Shown here in pieces: positions 28,105-37,700 of a DNA stretch of 60,316 bases (the stretch's first letter is position 1; each line of letters opens with the position of its first letter). Source of the DNA: a virus (Duplodnaviria > Caudoviricetes); IMG/VR virus record IMGVR_UViG_3300047551_002696, positions 1-60,316 of that record, one strand, 5' to 3'. The notes under the pieces were generated by a model that saw only the letters and a list, made by a program, of their open reading frames with translations, ran no database searches and was not told the origin of the DNA. The translations under genes were made by a program, and so were the position numbers.

Positions 28105-28713
28105 ATGAAATCCGATTTTTATATAGATAAGGTAAGTAAAGAAGAAATTAAAGAACTTCTTTACACTTACCATTATCTCAAAGACGAATCAAAGGATTTT
28201 AAATCTGGTTTCAACTATGGACTTTACCGTAGATCTTTCACAGATATACTTAGGGTTGGCAACTGTCTTGGTGCTTGCATTTTTACTGGTCTCCCAGTTC
28301 CAGAAATTGCCGTAGGAGCATTTGGTTTAGAGAGAAACCAGCAAGACGGAATATATGAGTTATCAAGACTCTGTATACATCCTGATATTCAAAAAGAAGA
28401 GTATAATATCACCTCTTGGTTCGTCAGTCGTTGTATAAGGAGATTTAGAAAAGATGCCACAGTTCGTGCTATTCTTAGTTACGCTGACTCTAATCACCAC
28501 ACTGGAACTATATACAGAGCTTGCAATTTTCAATACTATGGTTTAACTGATCCTAAAAAAGACTTTTACTATGCTGATGGAACTAAACACTCTAGAGGTA
28601 GTGTTAAAGGTATTGATGGTGAGTGGAGGGATAGGTCTCGTAAACATCGCTATCTTATGGTTTTTGAAAAAGAACTAAAAAAACGCTTGACATGGAAAGA
28701 AGAAAAGTGGTAA
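28105..28713 (+). CDS. Mom-like (GNAT-fold) DNA adenine modification protein
   Basis: HYL, G.C.F, YELSRLCI, SWFVSR..R, ILSYADS.HH.GTIY.A.NF.Y.G pattern characteristic of the Mu Mom family. Confidence 0.78.
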   Translation: MKSDFYIDKVSKEEIKELLYTYHYLKDESKDFKSGFNYGLYRRSFTDILRVGNCLGACIFTGLPVPEIAVGAFGLERNQQDGIYELSRLCIHPDIQKEEYNITSWFVSRCIRRFRKDATVRAILSYADSNHHTGTIYRACNFQYYGLTDPKKDFYYADGTKHSRGSVKGIDGEWRDRSRKHRYLMVFEKELKKRLTWKEEKW

Positions 28714-28716
28714 AAT
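28687..28716 (+). promoter_or_regulatory. sigma70-type promoter in the 3' end of the mom-like gene
   Basis: TTGACA (28687-28692), 18 nt spacer, TAAAAT (28711-28716) with TG just upstream (extended -10). Confidence 0.6.
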
Positions 28717-28721
28717 AATAA

Positions 28722-28780
28722 TGTCCGTGTGAAGGAATGCCAATTAGTGCTCACAAAACCCCCTTTTGGGGGTTTTGTTG
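28722..28780 (+). ncRNA. candidate small RNA of about 60 nt
   Basis: Bounded by a sigma70 promoter and an intrinsic terminator, no credible ORF; contains GTGTGAAGGAAT. Confidence 0.4.
28753..28778 (+). terminator. intrinsic (probably bidirectional) terminator
   Basis: ACAAAACCCCC-TTTT-GGGGGTTTTGT perfect 11-bp stem. Confidence 0.85.
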
Positions 28781-28822
28781 TATGATAAATAATCCATAAC
28801 GGAAACTATAAGTACTAATAAG

Positions 28823-31800
28823 ATGGGTCTCTCCAGATTAGATAATTTTCTGAAGTCAGCAAGAGGAACAATTCTCTACGTTAATCCGAACGACTTAGAT
28901 GCAACGGATAGTATTGAAAATCAGGGTAACTCACTGACTCGTCCATTTAAGACGATTCAAAGAGCACTTATTGAAGCGTCAAGATTTTCATATCAAAAAG
29001 GTTTAAGTAACGATAGATTTAATAAAACAACAATTTTACTATATCCTGGTGATCATATTGTAGATAACCGTCCTGGATGGATTCCTGATGGGTTAAATAA
29101 TTATCAACTGAGAGATGGCACTACATCAAATAATCTCCCAGCATTTGACCTATCTTCAAATTTTGATTTAACTACTCCATCCAATGAACTTTATAAGTTA
29201 AACAGTATCTATGGTGGAGTAATTGTACCAAGAGGTACATCAATTGTTGGTCTTGATTTACGTAAAACAAAAATACGTCCTAAGTATGTTCCAAATCCGT
29301 TAAACAATAATATTACACCTTCAACCATTTTTAGAATTACTGGTGGTTGTTATTTTTGGCAGTTTTCATTATTTGATGCTGATCCAAATGGTCAGTGTTA
29401 CATGGATTATACGTCCAATCTTTTTGTTCCTAATTTTTCTCACCATAAATTAACTTGTTTTGAGTATGCAGATGGTGTGAATAATGTTTTCATCAATGAT
29501 GAATTCATCACTAATCGTGACTTTGGTAGAACTGACCTTGACATGTATTATGAAAAGGTTGGTCTAGTATACGGACAATCTTCTGGACGCCCAATTGAAC
29601 CAGATTATCCAAGTGCTGGTTTGGACATCGAATCAAAAATTGATGAATATCGCATTGTAGGGTCTACAGGACAAAGTATTGGTATTTCAAGTATCAAATC
29701 TGGAGATGGTGTAACACCATCAACAACTGTTACCGTTACAACACTTTCTGCAGTTCCTGGTCTTGACGTTGATACACCATTTAGAATTGAAGGAATTACC
29801 GCAACAGGATATAATGGACAGTTTGTTGTAACTGACAAAATATCTGATACTGAAATAAAATATCAAGTTCAAGATATTCCAACTCTAGCACTTCCTTCTA
29901 GTACTGGTGCTACACTTTCTTTACAATCTGATAGCGTTACTTCAGCATCACCATACATCTTTAACATATCTCTACGTTCTGTTTATGGTATGTGTGGTCT
30001 ACTTGCCGATGGAGACAAAGCATCTGGATTTAAATCTGTTGTTATTGCACAATTTACTGGTATTGGTCTACAAAAGGACGATAGAGCTTTTGTAGTTTTT
30101 GATGAAACAACTGGATTATATCAGGACAATACTGTTGCTGGAAATGAAACAATAAGTAATAATTCAAGAGCAGTATTTAAACCGGAATGGAGAAACTTCC
30201 ACATTAAGGCAACAAATAATGCCTTCATTCAGAACGTTTCTATTTTTGCTATTGGATTTGCTGAACAGTTTGCAACCGAAAGTGGTGGTGACATGTCTAT
30301 CACCAACTCCAACTCAAACTTTGGTGCTCGAGCACTAGTTGCAAATGGATTTAGAAAAGATGCATTTCCTCAAGATGATCTTGGATACTTCACACATATT
30401 ATTCCACCAAAAGAAATACCAATTGAAGAAGTAACAATTGAATATGATGCTTTGGATGTTGGTGGAGTTGTTGGTGTTGGATCTACCGGTCATCTACCAC
30501 TGTATAATCAAACAAACGTTGATGTTCCACCTGATAGTGTCATTGAAGGATACAGAATTGGTGCAAGAGTAAATGATAGACTGAGTGTTTTAGTATCTTT
30601 TGCCGGTAGTGTAACTGAATATTCCTCAAGAATTGTTATGCCAAATTCTCAGACAAGTTCTGAGAAGTCATTTAATGTAATTTCTAATTCTGGATCTGGA
30701 ATTCTTGGATTTAGTTCTACTGGACATACTCTCTTAACTGGAGAGACAATCAGATTTTTCAGTGACACTGGTAAAATTCCAGACGGTTTGCTCAATAATC
30801 AAGTTTATTATGCGATTACAAGTACAACAGATGTTGGTATTGGAACAACTCAAATTAAAGTTGCAAAAACTTTAGGAGACGCACTTACACATACTTCAAC
30901 GAATACAAAGAATTTAACATTTAATACTAAAGGTGGAAATCTTAAAGTTGTAAGTAGAGTAACGGATAAGAAGGCTGGAGATATTGGGCACCCTGTCCAA
31001 TATGATTCTAATAGAGGGCAATGGTATATTAAAGTTGCTTCTGCTAGCACTGAAAATGGTTTATATAATGCAATTGTTGGAATTGGATCTACTGCTCTTG
31101 GTGCTGCTACACCAAGAACATACTTTAGACGTAAGAAAGATACTAGAACTCCAATGGATACAACGTATCGTGTAAGATATGTTATTCCAAAAGAAAGTAA
31201 TGGAATCAATGCAAGACCTCCAAGTGACGCTTACATTATTCAAGAATCTAATTCATCTATTGGATCCACAACTGGTGAAATTCAAACATATTTCGGAAAT
31301 GGTTCTATTGGAAATGTAAATCAGCAAAGAAACTTTAGATTTATTGCAGATGCTATTTGGTATAGTGGATCCAACACTGCTAACTTTGCAACTGAACTTC
31401 CACACAATCTTTCTGTTGGGTCTGAAGTAGAAGTATTAAATATCAAATCAACTATTAATACTGCTGGTGTTGGGAATTCCGGATTTAACAGAACTTATGT
31501 TGTCACTGGAATTGGTAGTGCTAAGAATTTTACTGTTGGGTTGAATACTGATCCAGGATCTTTTTCAAGTGATACTACTGCTAGAAATACATCTCTCCCA
31601 TATTTCAAGAGAAAGAAATATAAAAATACATACTACATTTATAGAAATGAAGAAGCACAGAGATATATTTCTGGAAAGCAAGATGGCATATACTACTTAA
31701 CTCTGGTTAACTCATCGAATTCTCCTACATCAAATTATTTTTCAAATGAAAAATTCTCCCAACCAGTTAAGGAATTATATCCCCAAATAAGTAGAGACAA

Positions 31801-34729
31801 TCCAGTTTCAGATCCTGAAGAAGCAAAATCATTTGCACAAACATCATTAATTGGTGAGGTATTACTTGATGATGTTCGCAAGAGTCTTACAAAGGAAACT
31901 ATTCTAAAGAAATTGTCTGATACTGATGTTGGTGTAGGTATTACCAATATTGTATCTGCAGCATCTACTCTCCATAGTGTTTACACATCAATTGAACACG
32001 GATTGAATAGAATTGTTAAAGTTTCAATTGCTAATAGTGGTGCTGGTTATGGAAGTGGATCTGCGGGAGATCTTTATAATGCACGCCTTGTTGGATTGGG
32101 TGGATCAATAACTGGAAATCACGCCACAGCAAAAGTATCTGTTAACTCTTTTGGTAATTTAACAAGCGTTACCATCATGGATGGTGGTAGTGCTTATGGT
32201 ATTGGAAATAGTCTTGCTGTTGTTGGAATTGCAACAACCACTGGATATACTCAAGCAATTGTAACGGTAACTAAAGTTTATAATAATGTTGGGGATGTTG
32301 TAAGAGTTTCTGGTGTAAGTTCAGAAATATATTCCACATTCAATGGTCTTTATCGTATTACTGATGTACCTGTTGGTGCTGCCAATAGTTTTAGAGCAGA
32401 ATCTGCAGTTGGTGTATCTACTTGGAGCACTGGTGGTGGAATTGGATTGACATTTACTTCAGATGCTTTTGTATACTTAACTGGTGAATCTTTAAGAATA
32501 AATTCACTTGTTTACAATAAAGATGTTGGTATTGCAACTATTACAACACAAAATCGTCATGGATTAAAAGTTGATGCAAAAGTAAAAATCAGTGGTGCTA
32601 ATGAGTCTTTATACAATGGAGACTTTGTTGTTACTGAAAACGTTGGACTGACTACTTTCTCAGTTAAAATTGGTGTTGGAACAACTGCTCCATCTGCTAC
32701 AGGTACTCTTTATGCATACCGTGAAGGTGTAACATCGAATGATGGTATTATTACTGTTGATAATGAGAATCTAAATGGTAGAATGATTCCATCATATGCT
32801 GGAATTACAACAACATTGTTTGCATTAGTTTCTGATACTGCGACGGATCAAATCTATATTCAAGGTATAGAAAATCTTGATATTAGAATTGGTGACTACT
32901 TATCAATTGACGATGAAATTGTTAGAGTTAAAACTACTGTACCAAGTGCAATTACAACTGGAACTGCTATATCAGTTTTTAGAGGTGTTCTTGGTACAAA
33001 ATCTGCAAGTCATGAAAACGGTGCAGTTGTTAGAAGAATACGTCCAACTCCTGTTGAATTGAGAAGACATTCTATTTCTCGTGCATCTGGTCATACATTT
33101 GAATATGTTGGATTTGGTCCTGGAAATTATTCAACAGCATTACCAGAAAAACAAGATCGTCAAATTTCTGCTCAGGAAGAGTTAGTAGCACAATCAACAA
33201 GAAGAGATGGTGGAATTAACTTCTACACTGGTATGAATGATAAGGGTATTTCATATTCTGGTAATAAGAAGTTAAGCACAGTTACTGGTCTTGAAGAAAT
33301 TTTTGATACCCCAGTTCAAACTATAACTGGTGAAGATATTGGTAATCTGCCAAGTATTAATATTGTTAATCCAGTTGAAGGTCTTTTCTCTCGTTCTATT
33401 CGTGTTGATGGTGGTACTGATGGAAAAGCAATATCACAATTTAATGGTCCAGTAATCTTTACAGATAAAATCACTTCGACATCGCCAAAAGGAATTGAAG
33501 CAACTTCATTATACATTCAGGGTGATGCTACTGTTTCTAGAAAGCATACTGTTGGTATTTCAACTCCAACGTCTGCAGGAAATCCAGGTGATATTGTTTA
33601 CTATGAAAACCCATCCAAGAGTGGATACATGGGATGGATTTATACTACAGAGAATGCTTGGTATCGCTTTGGAAATGTCAGTATTTCTAGAGATTCTAAT
33701 CTTGCTATCTTTGATCAGGTTGGAATTGGTACGACAACTCCACTTGATTCTAGATTGAGAGTTGGTCTTGGAACTATTACAAATGATGTTTTTGTTGTTG
33801 ATGCAGGACCACTCGGATCCGGAACTACTGGTGGTGGAGTTGGAATTGGAACAACTGCAAATGGATTTAAGTTAAGAGTACAGGGTAGTGTAAGTATTAG
33901 TGGAACTTGTTATGCTGGTTCATTCTCTGGCGATGGATCTGGGCTTACTGCATTGAATGCAAGTGCAACAGGATGGACACAAGTTACTGGTGCGTATTAT
34001 AATACTGCATTTGCAAATATTGGTATTGGTACTTCTGTTCCTGCTTATAATTTGCATCTTGGATCTCCTGGAACTGGAAACGTTGATCTTTATGTAGAAA
34101 ATGTTGCTAAATTTGTTGGATTTATCACATCAAATAATATGTTTGTTAGTGGAATCCTCACAGCAACTTCATTTGACTTACAAAGTTCAACTGGCGAAAT
34201 TACCGCAGGAATTATTACATCAACCAATATTAGAATTGGCACTGCTGGAACTGCAATAATGTCAATTAATGACGATATTGGAATTGGAACAGCATCTCCA
34301 AGAGCCAAGCTTGACATTGAAGGTCTTGCGAGACTTAAGACTTATTCTGAAGCGGTAGGATTCCCAACCATAACTTCTAATGTTGTTACATTAGATCTTT
34401 CTGATACACAAACCTTTGAACTGACATTGTTTGAAAATGTCAATTACTTTACAATTGCAAATGTACCATCAGATGCATCTTCATTTACAATCAAAATTCT
34501 TCAAAATCCAACTGGAGGTTACACTGCAAATCTAGATGACTTTAGAACTGTTGGTTTGAATACAATTCCAGTTCGTTGGCCAGGTGGAGGTGTAAAACCG
34601 GGAGTGACAACCACTGCAAATAGAAGTGATATCTATTCATTTAGAATCTTTAATGGTAATAATTTAATAAGTTATTCTCCGGGGTCAGGAATATATGGTA
34701 TTGTTGTCGGTCAAAACTTTGCAGATTGA
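28823..34729 (+). CDS. giant tail-fibre/virion structural protein (N-terminal beta-helix-like region, beta-sandwich repeats, fibre C-terminus)
   Basis: 1968 aa; ILYV.P..D...G.SL.RPFKTIQRAL, QNVSIFAIG, SITNSNSNFG, VGIGTT fibre motifs, C-terminal LDLS...WPGG..P..T....DIYSF domain. Confidence 0.75.
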   Translation: MGLSRLDNFLKSARGTILYVNPNDLDATDSIENQGNSLTRPFKTIQRALIEASRFSYQKGLSNDRFNKTTILLYPGDHIVDNRPGWIPDGLNNYQLRDGTTSNNLPAFDLSSNFDLTTPSNELYKLNSIYGGVIVPRGTSIVGLDLRKTKIRPKYVPNPLNNNITPSTIFRITGGCYFWQFSLFDADPNGQCYMDYTSNLFVPNFSHHKLTCFEYADGVNNVFINDEFITNRDFGRTDLDMYYEKVGLVYGQSSGRPIEPDYPSAGLDIESKIDEYRIVGSTGQSIGISSIKSGDGVTPSTTVTVTTLSAVPGLDVDTPFRIEGITATGYNGQFVVTDKISDTEIKYQVQDIPTLALPSSTGATLSLQSDSVTSASPYIFNISLRSVYGMCGLLADGDKASGFKSVVIAQFTGIGLQKDDRAFVVFDETTGLYQDNTVAGNETISNNSRAVFKPEWRNFHIKATNNAFIQNVSIFAIGFAEQFATESGGDMSITNSNSNFGARALVANGFRKDAFPQDDLGYFTHIIPPKEIPIEEVTIEYDALDVGGVVGVGSTGHLPLYNQTNVDVPPDSVIEGYRIGARVNDRLSVLVSFAGSVTEYSSRIVMPNSQTSSEKSFNVISNSGSGILGFSSTGHTLLTGETIRFFSDTGKIPDGLLNNQVYYAITSTTDVGIGTTQIKVAKTLGDALTHTSTNTKNLTFNTKGGNLKVVSRVTDKKAGDIGHPVQYDSNRGQWYIKVASASTENGLYNAIVGIGSTALGAATPRTYFRRKKDTRTPMDTTYRVRYVIPKESNGINARPPSDAYIIQESNSSIGSTTGEIQTYFGNGSIGNVNQQRNFRFIADAIWYSGSNTANFATELPHNLSVGSEVEVLNIKSTINTAGVGNSGFNRTYVVTGIGSAKNFTVGLNTDPGSFSSDTTARNTSLPYFKRKKYKNTYYIYRNEEAQRYISGKQDGIYYLTLVNSSNSPTSNYFSNEKFSQPVKELYPQISRDNPVSDPEEAKSFAQTSLIGEVLLDDVRKSLTKETILKKLSDTDVGVGITNIVSAASTLHSVYTSIEHGLNRIVKVSIANSGAGYGSGSAGDLYNARLVGLGGSITGNHATAKVSVNSFGNLTSVTIMDGGSAYGIGNSLAVVGIATTTGYTQAIVTVTKVYNNVGDVVRVSGVSSEIYSTFNGLYRITDVPVGAANSFRAESAVGVSTWSTGGGIGLTFTSDAFVYLTGESLRINSLVYNKDVGIATITTQNRHGLKVDAKVKISGANESLYNGDFVVTENVGLTTFSVKIGVGTTAPSATGTLYAYREGVTSNDGIITVDNENLNGRMIPSYAGITTTLFALVSDTATDQIYIQGIENLDIRIGDYLSIDDEIVRVKTTVPSAITTGTAISVFRGVLGTKSASHENGAVVRRIRPTPVELRRHSISRASGHTFEYVGFGPGNYSTALPEKQDRQISAQEELVAQSTRRDGGINFYTGMNDKGISYSGNKKLSTVTGLEEIFDTPVQTITGEDIGNLPSINIVNPVEGLFSRSIRVDGGTDGKAISQFNGPVIFTDKITSTSPKGIEATSLYIQGDATVSRKHTVGISTPTSAGNPGDIVYYENPSKSGYMGWIYTTENAWYRFGNVSISRDSNLAIFDQVGIGTTTPLDSRLRVGLGTITNDVFVVDAGPLGSGTTGGGVGIGTTANGFKLRVQGSVSISGTCYAGSFSGDGSGLTALNASATGWTQVTGAYYNTAFANIGIGTSVPAYNLHLGSPGTGNVDLYVENVAKFVGFITSNNMFVSGILTATSFDLQSSTGEITAGIITSTNIRIGTAGTAIMSINDDIGIGTASPRAKLDIEGLARLKTYSEAVGFPTITSNVVTLDLSDTQTFELTLFENVNYFTIANVPSDASSFTIKILQNPTGGYTANLDDFRTVGLNTIPVRWPGGGVKPGVTTTANRSDIYSFRIFNGNNLISYSPGSGIYGIVVGQNFAD

Positions 34730-34740
34730 GGTAAAAAGTA

Positions 34741-37700
34741 ATGCCTAGTTTCATCAATAAGCAGACTACTCTTGACCTTAATGGTCCTGTTCTATCTTTC
34801 ACAACTCACCCATCCTCTGTTTCTGCTTGTACAAGCGGTATAGTAACTTTTGTTGGTATTGCAACTGCAACTTTTCCATCTCAAGATCCCCCAAACCCTG
34901 CTACAGGAACTGGGTACATTTCATACAGATGGCACTGGGAAGGATATGGAGAATTAAGTGATGGAGATTTGCAAGGAACAACTATTGTTGGTTCCGCAAC
35001 AACAACATTAACACTTTCCGGTATTTCAAGCACTGTTCTTTTTAATAACTCTAAGTTTTTTTTAAGAGCTGATTACATTCCATCTGCATATGTTGTTTCG
35101 GGATCAGATGTTACTGCTGGAACTGCTAGATCTACTGGTAATGCTGTAAATGATCCTAAAGATTCTGATGTTGCAACATTAAATGTTTTTCCCGATATTG
35201 AGATTAAGACTCAACCGGGAATGGCGGTTAGCACAACACCATTGACACAATATGCATCTTTAAGAATAACGGATAATCTTGGAAATTCTTCTATAGTTGA
35301 TACTTTTCAACTTTCTTCATATTCTAATTTTATTAGTGGAAGAGAATATACTATTGTTTCGAATATAGATTTAAGGGCAAAAATATATGCAGTTGGTGGT
35401 GGCGGAGGAACATCAACTAGTTTCGGGAGAATTGTTGTTGGAGGATCGGGTGGAGCCGCACAGGGAGAAGTTAATATTTTAGCGAATAAAGATTATAAAA
35501 TTATTGTTGGAGGTGGATCTAATAGTGGAACTGCTGGATATGGTGGAGGTGGTAATGGTAATGGTGGCGGTGGTGGTGGTGGATATACGGGATTATTCAT
35601 ATCTTCAATATCTCAAGAAAATGCTATTTTAATTGCCGGTGGGGGTGGAGGAGGTGCTAACGATCCGGCTACTGGTGGTGATGGCGGTGATTTAATTGGA
35701 AAAAATGCTGGAAATGCTCCTGGAAGGGGAGGAACTGGAGGAACTCAGACAGCAGGAGGATCTGGTTATGGACCTGGATCAGCACTTCAAGGTGGATCTG
35801 GGGCAGGTGGTGGTGGTGGTGGATATTTTGGTGGAGCTGGAGGAACTCCTTTTAGTGGATGCTGTGCTGATGGAGCAGGTGGAGGGGGATCTGGATATTT
35901 ACATCCATACTTAGTTACTGAAGGATCTTTTAGTTCATCTGGAAGTGCTGGAGGTGGGTCTCCGGAAAAAAATGGATCATTTAAGATTGAATTTTTAGAG
36001 ACGATAATACAATCATCAGCAGACAAAATTGCTGCTCAAGGATCTACTGCATATTTTCACGTAGAAGCATCAACAAGTGATATAACTCAGGGGGATGTTT
36101 CTTATCAATGGCAGTTAAATGAAGTTGATCTTGTTGATGGTATTAACACATTATCTATTCCTAAAAATAATAACGAATACACAAGTGATGCTTTATTAAG
36201 AATTCCTTTATGGGATAAAAATTCTGGATCTCTTGTTCTTGAAGACCTTACTAATTTTGCAAATACAGTAACTGCAAGCAATCTTTCTTGGGTATCGGGA
36301 ACTGGAAAGTTTTATAATGGGTATGCAAATTTTTCTTCAAACTCTTTTATTGATTTAAGACCATTATCAGACTTTAACTTTGGATATGGAGATTTCACAG
36401 TAGAAACTTGGGTTTATTTTACTCAAACTGGATATAATGATATTTTTTCTACAGGAACTTATGGGCAAAATCAGTTTTCGATTAGAAAAAATAAAGATTC
36501 TCAATTAGTAGATTCTCCGGGTTCAGAGCAACTTGAAGTTTATTATGGGTCAACTATCATTGCATCTGGTGGACAATTTAATTTGAATACTTGGCATCAT
36601 ATTGCTGTAACTAGACAAGCTCCTTTCACGGCAAATAATGGTAGGGGGGAATCTAGGATTAGACTGTTTATTGATGGAATTCAAGTTGCCAGTGCAGTTT
36701 TTGATGGTAATATCAGAGCAACAGATGTTAAGATTGGAAGAACTCCAGGAAACACCTATAATATGGTTGGAAGAATGCAAGACTTTCAAGTATATGCTAG
36801 TGCTAGATATACTTCAAACTTTATACCATCAAATATTGCATTAGTTGATAAAAGATTGGTATTGTCTCTTCCTTTGTGGGATAATGGAACCGGAACATTA
36901 AATCTAACAGATCTATCAAACAATCCAAAATCAATAACTCCAGGATCTACATGGGGAAGATCTCCTTCATGGATAAAAAATGTAGGAAAGTTTTATGGTG
37001 GATCTGCATTTTTTGATGGATATTCTTATTTAAACCTGCCAATTAGTAATGATTTTGATTTTGGAACAGGAGATTTTACTATAGAATTATGGTTTAATCC
37101 CCAAAAGGGATTAAGAACAGATTCTGGAAGTTTTGGTGGAGTTGGTGGATGGGAAGTTTTAGTTAATGCTGGTGGTGGAGTTTATTTTCAAGAAAATAAT
37201 AGGGGTGGTGGAACTTGGTTTGCTCTTTCCAGAAGTACTCCATTAAATGATTCATCTGCAGCAACGTTTTATCTTGCTGATCATGCAAGTTATACATCTA
37301 TAGGACAAACTACTTTAGAAGTTAATAAATGGTATCATCTTGCACTTTCAAGAAATTCTTCTGATGTTAAATTTTTTGTAAATGGCAGGTTAGTTCAATC
37401 AACTCCAATTAGTAATTGGAGTAATCAAAAATTTGGTGGATTAAACGTTGGTTATATTGGGGTTGAACATTGGGGCGGTTATCATGAAAGGGGGTATTAT
37501 TTCCCATTCTGCTATATGCAGGATTTAAGAATTTATAAAGGTGTTGCAAAATACACTAATCCATTTACACCCGATGAAACTTCTATGGTTACTGGATTTT
37601 CTGAAACAGTAACTGTTGAAACCGAAGTTTCTGGATCTCAAACACCAGATCTTTCCATTTCTTTACCAAATGTTTCTAAAAACTTAGTAAGAGCAAAAAT

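Noticed and set aside
28721-28799. Micro-ORFs (MSV* at 28721; a 20-codon ORF from 28737) in the candidate sRNA
   Set aside because: No properly spaced RBS, and the longer one runs through the terminator hairpin.
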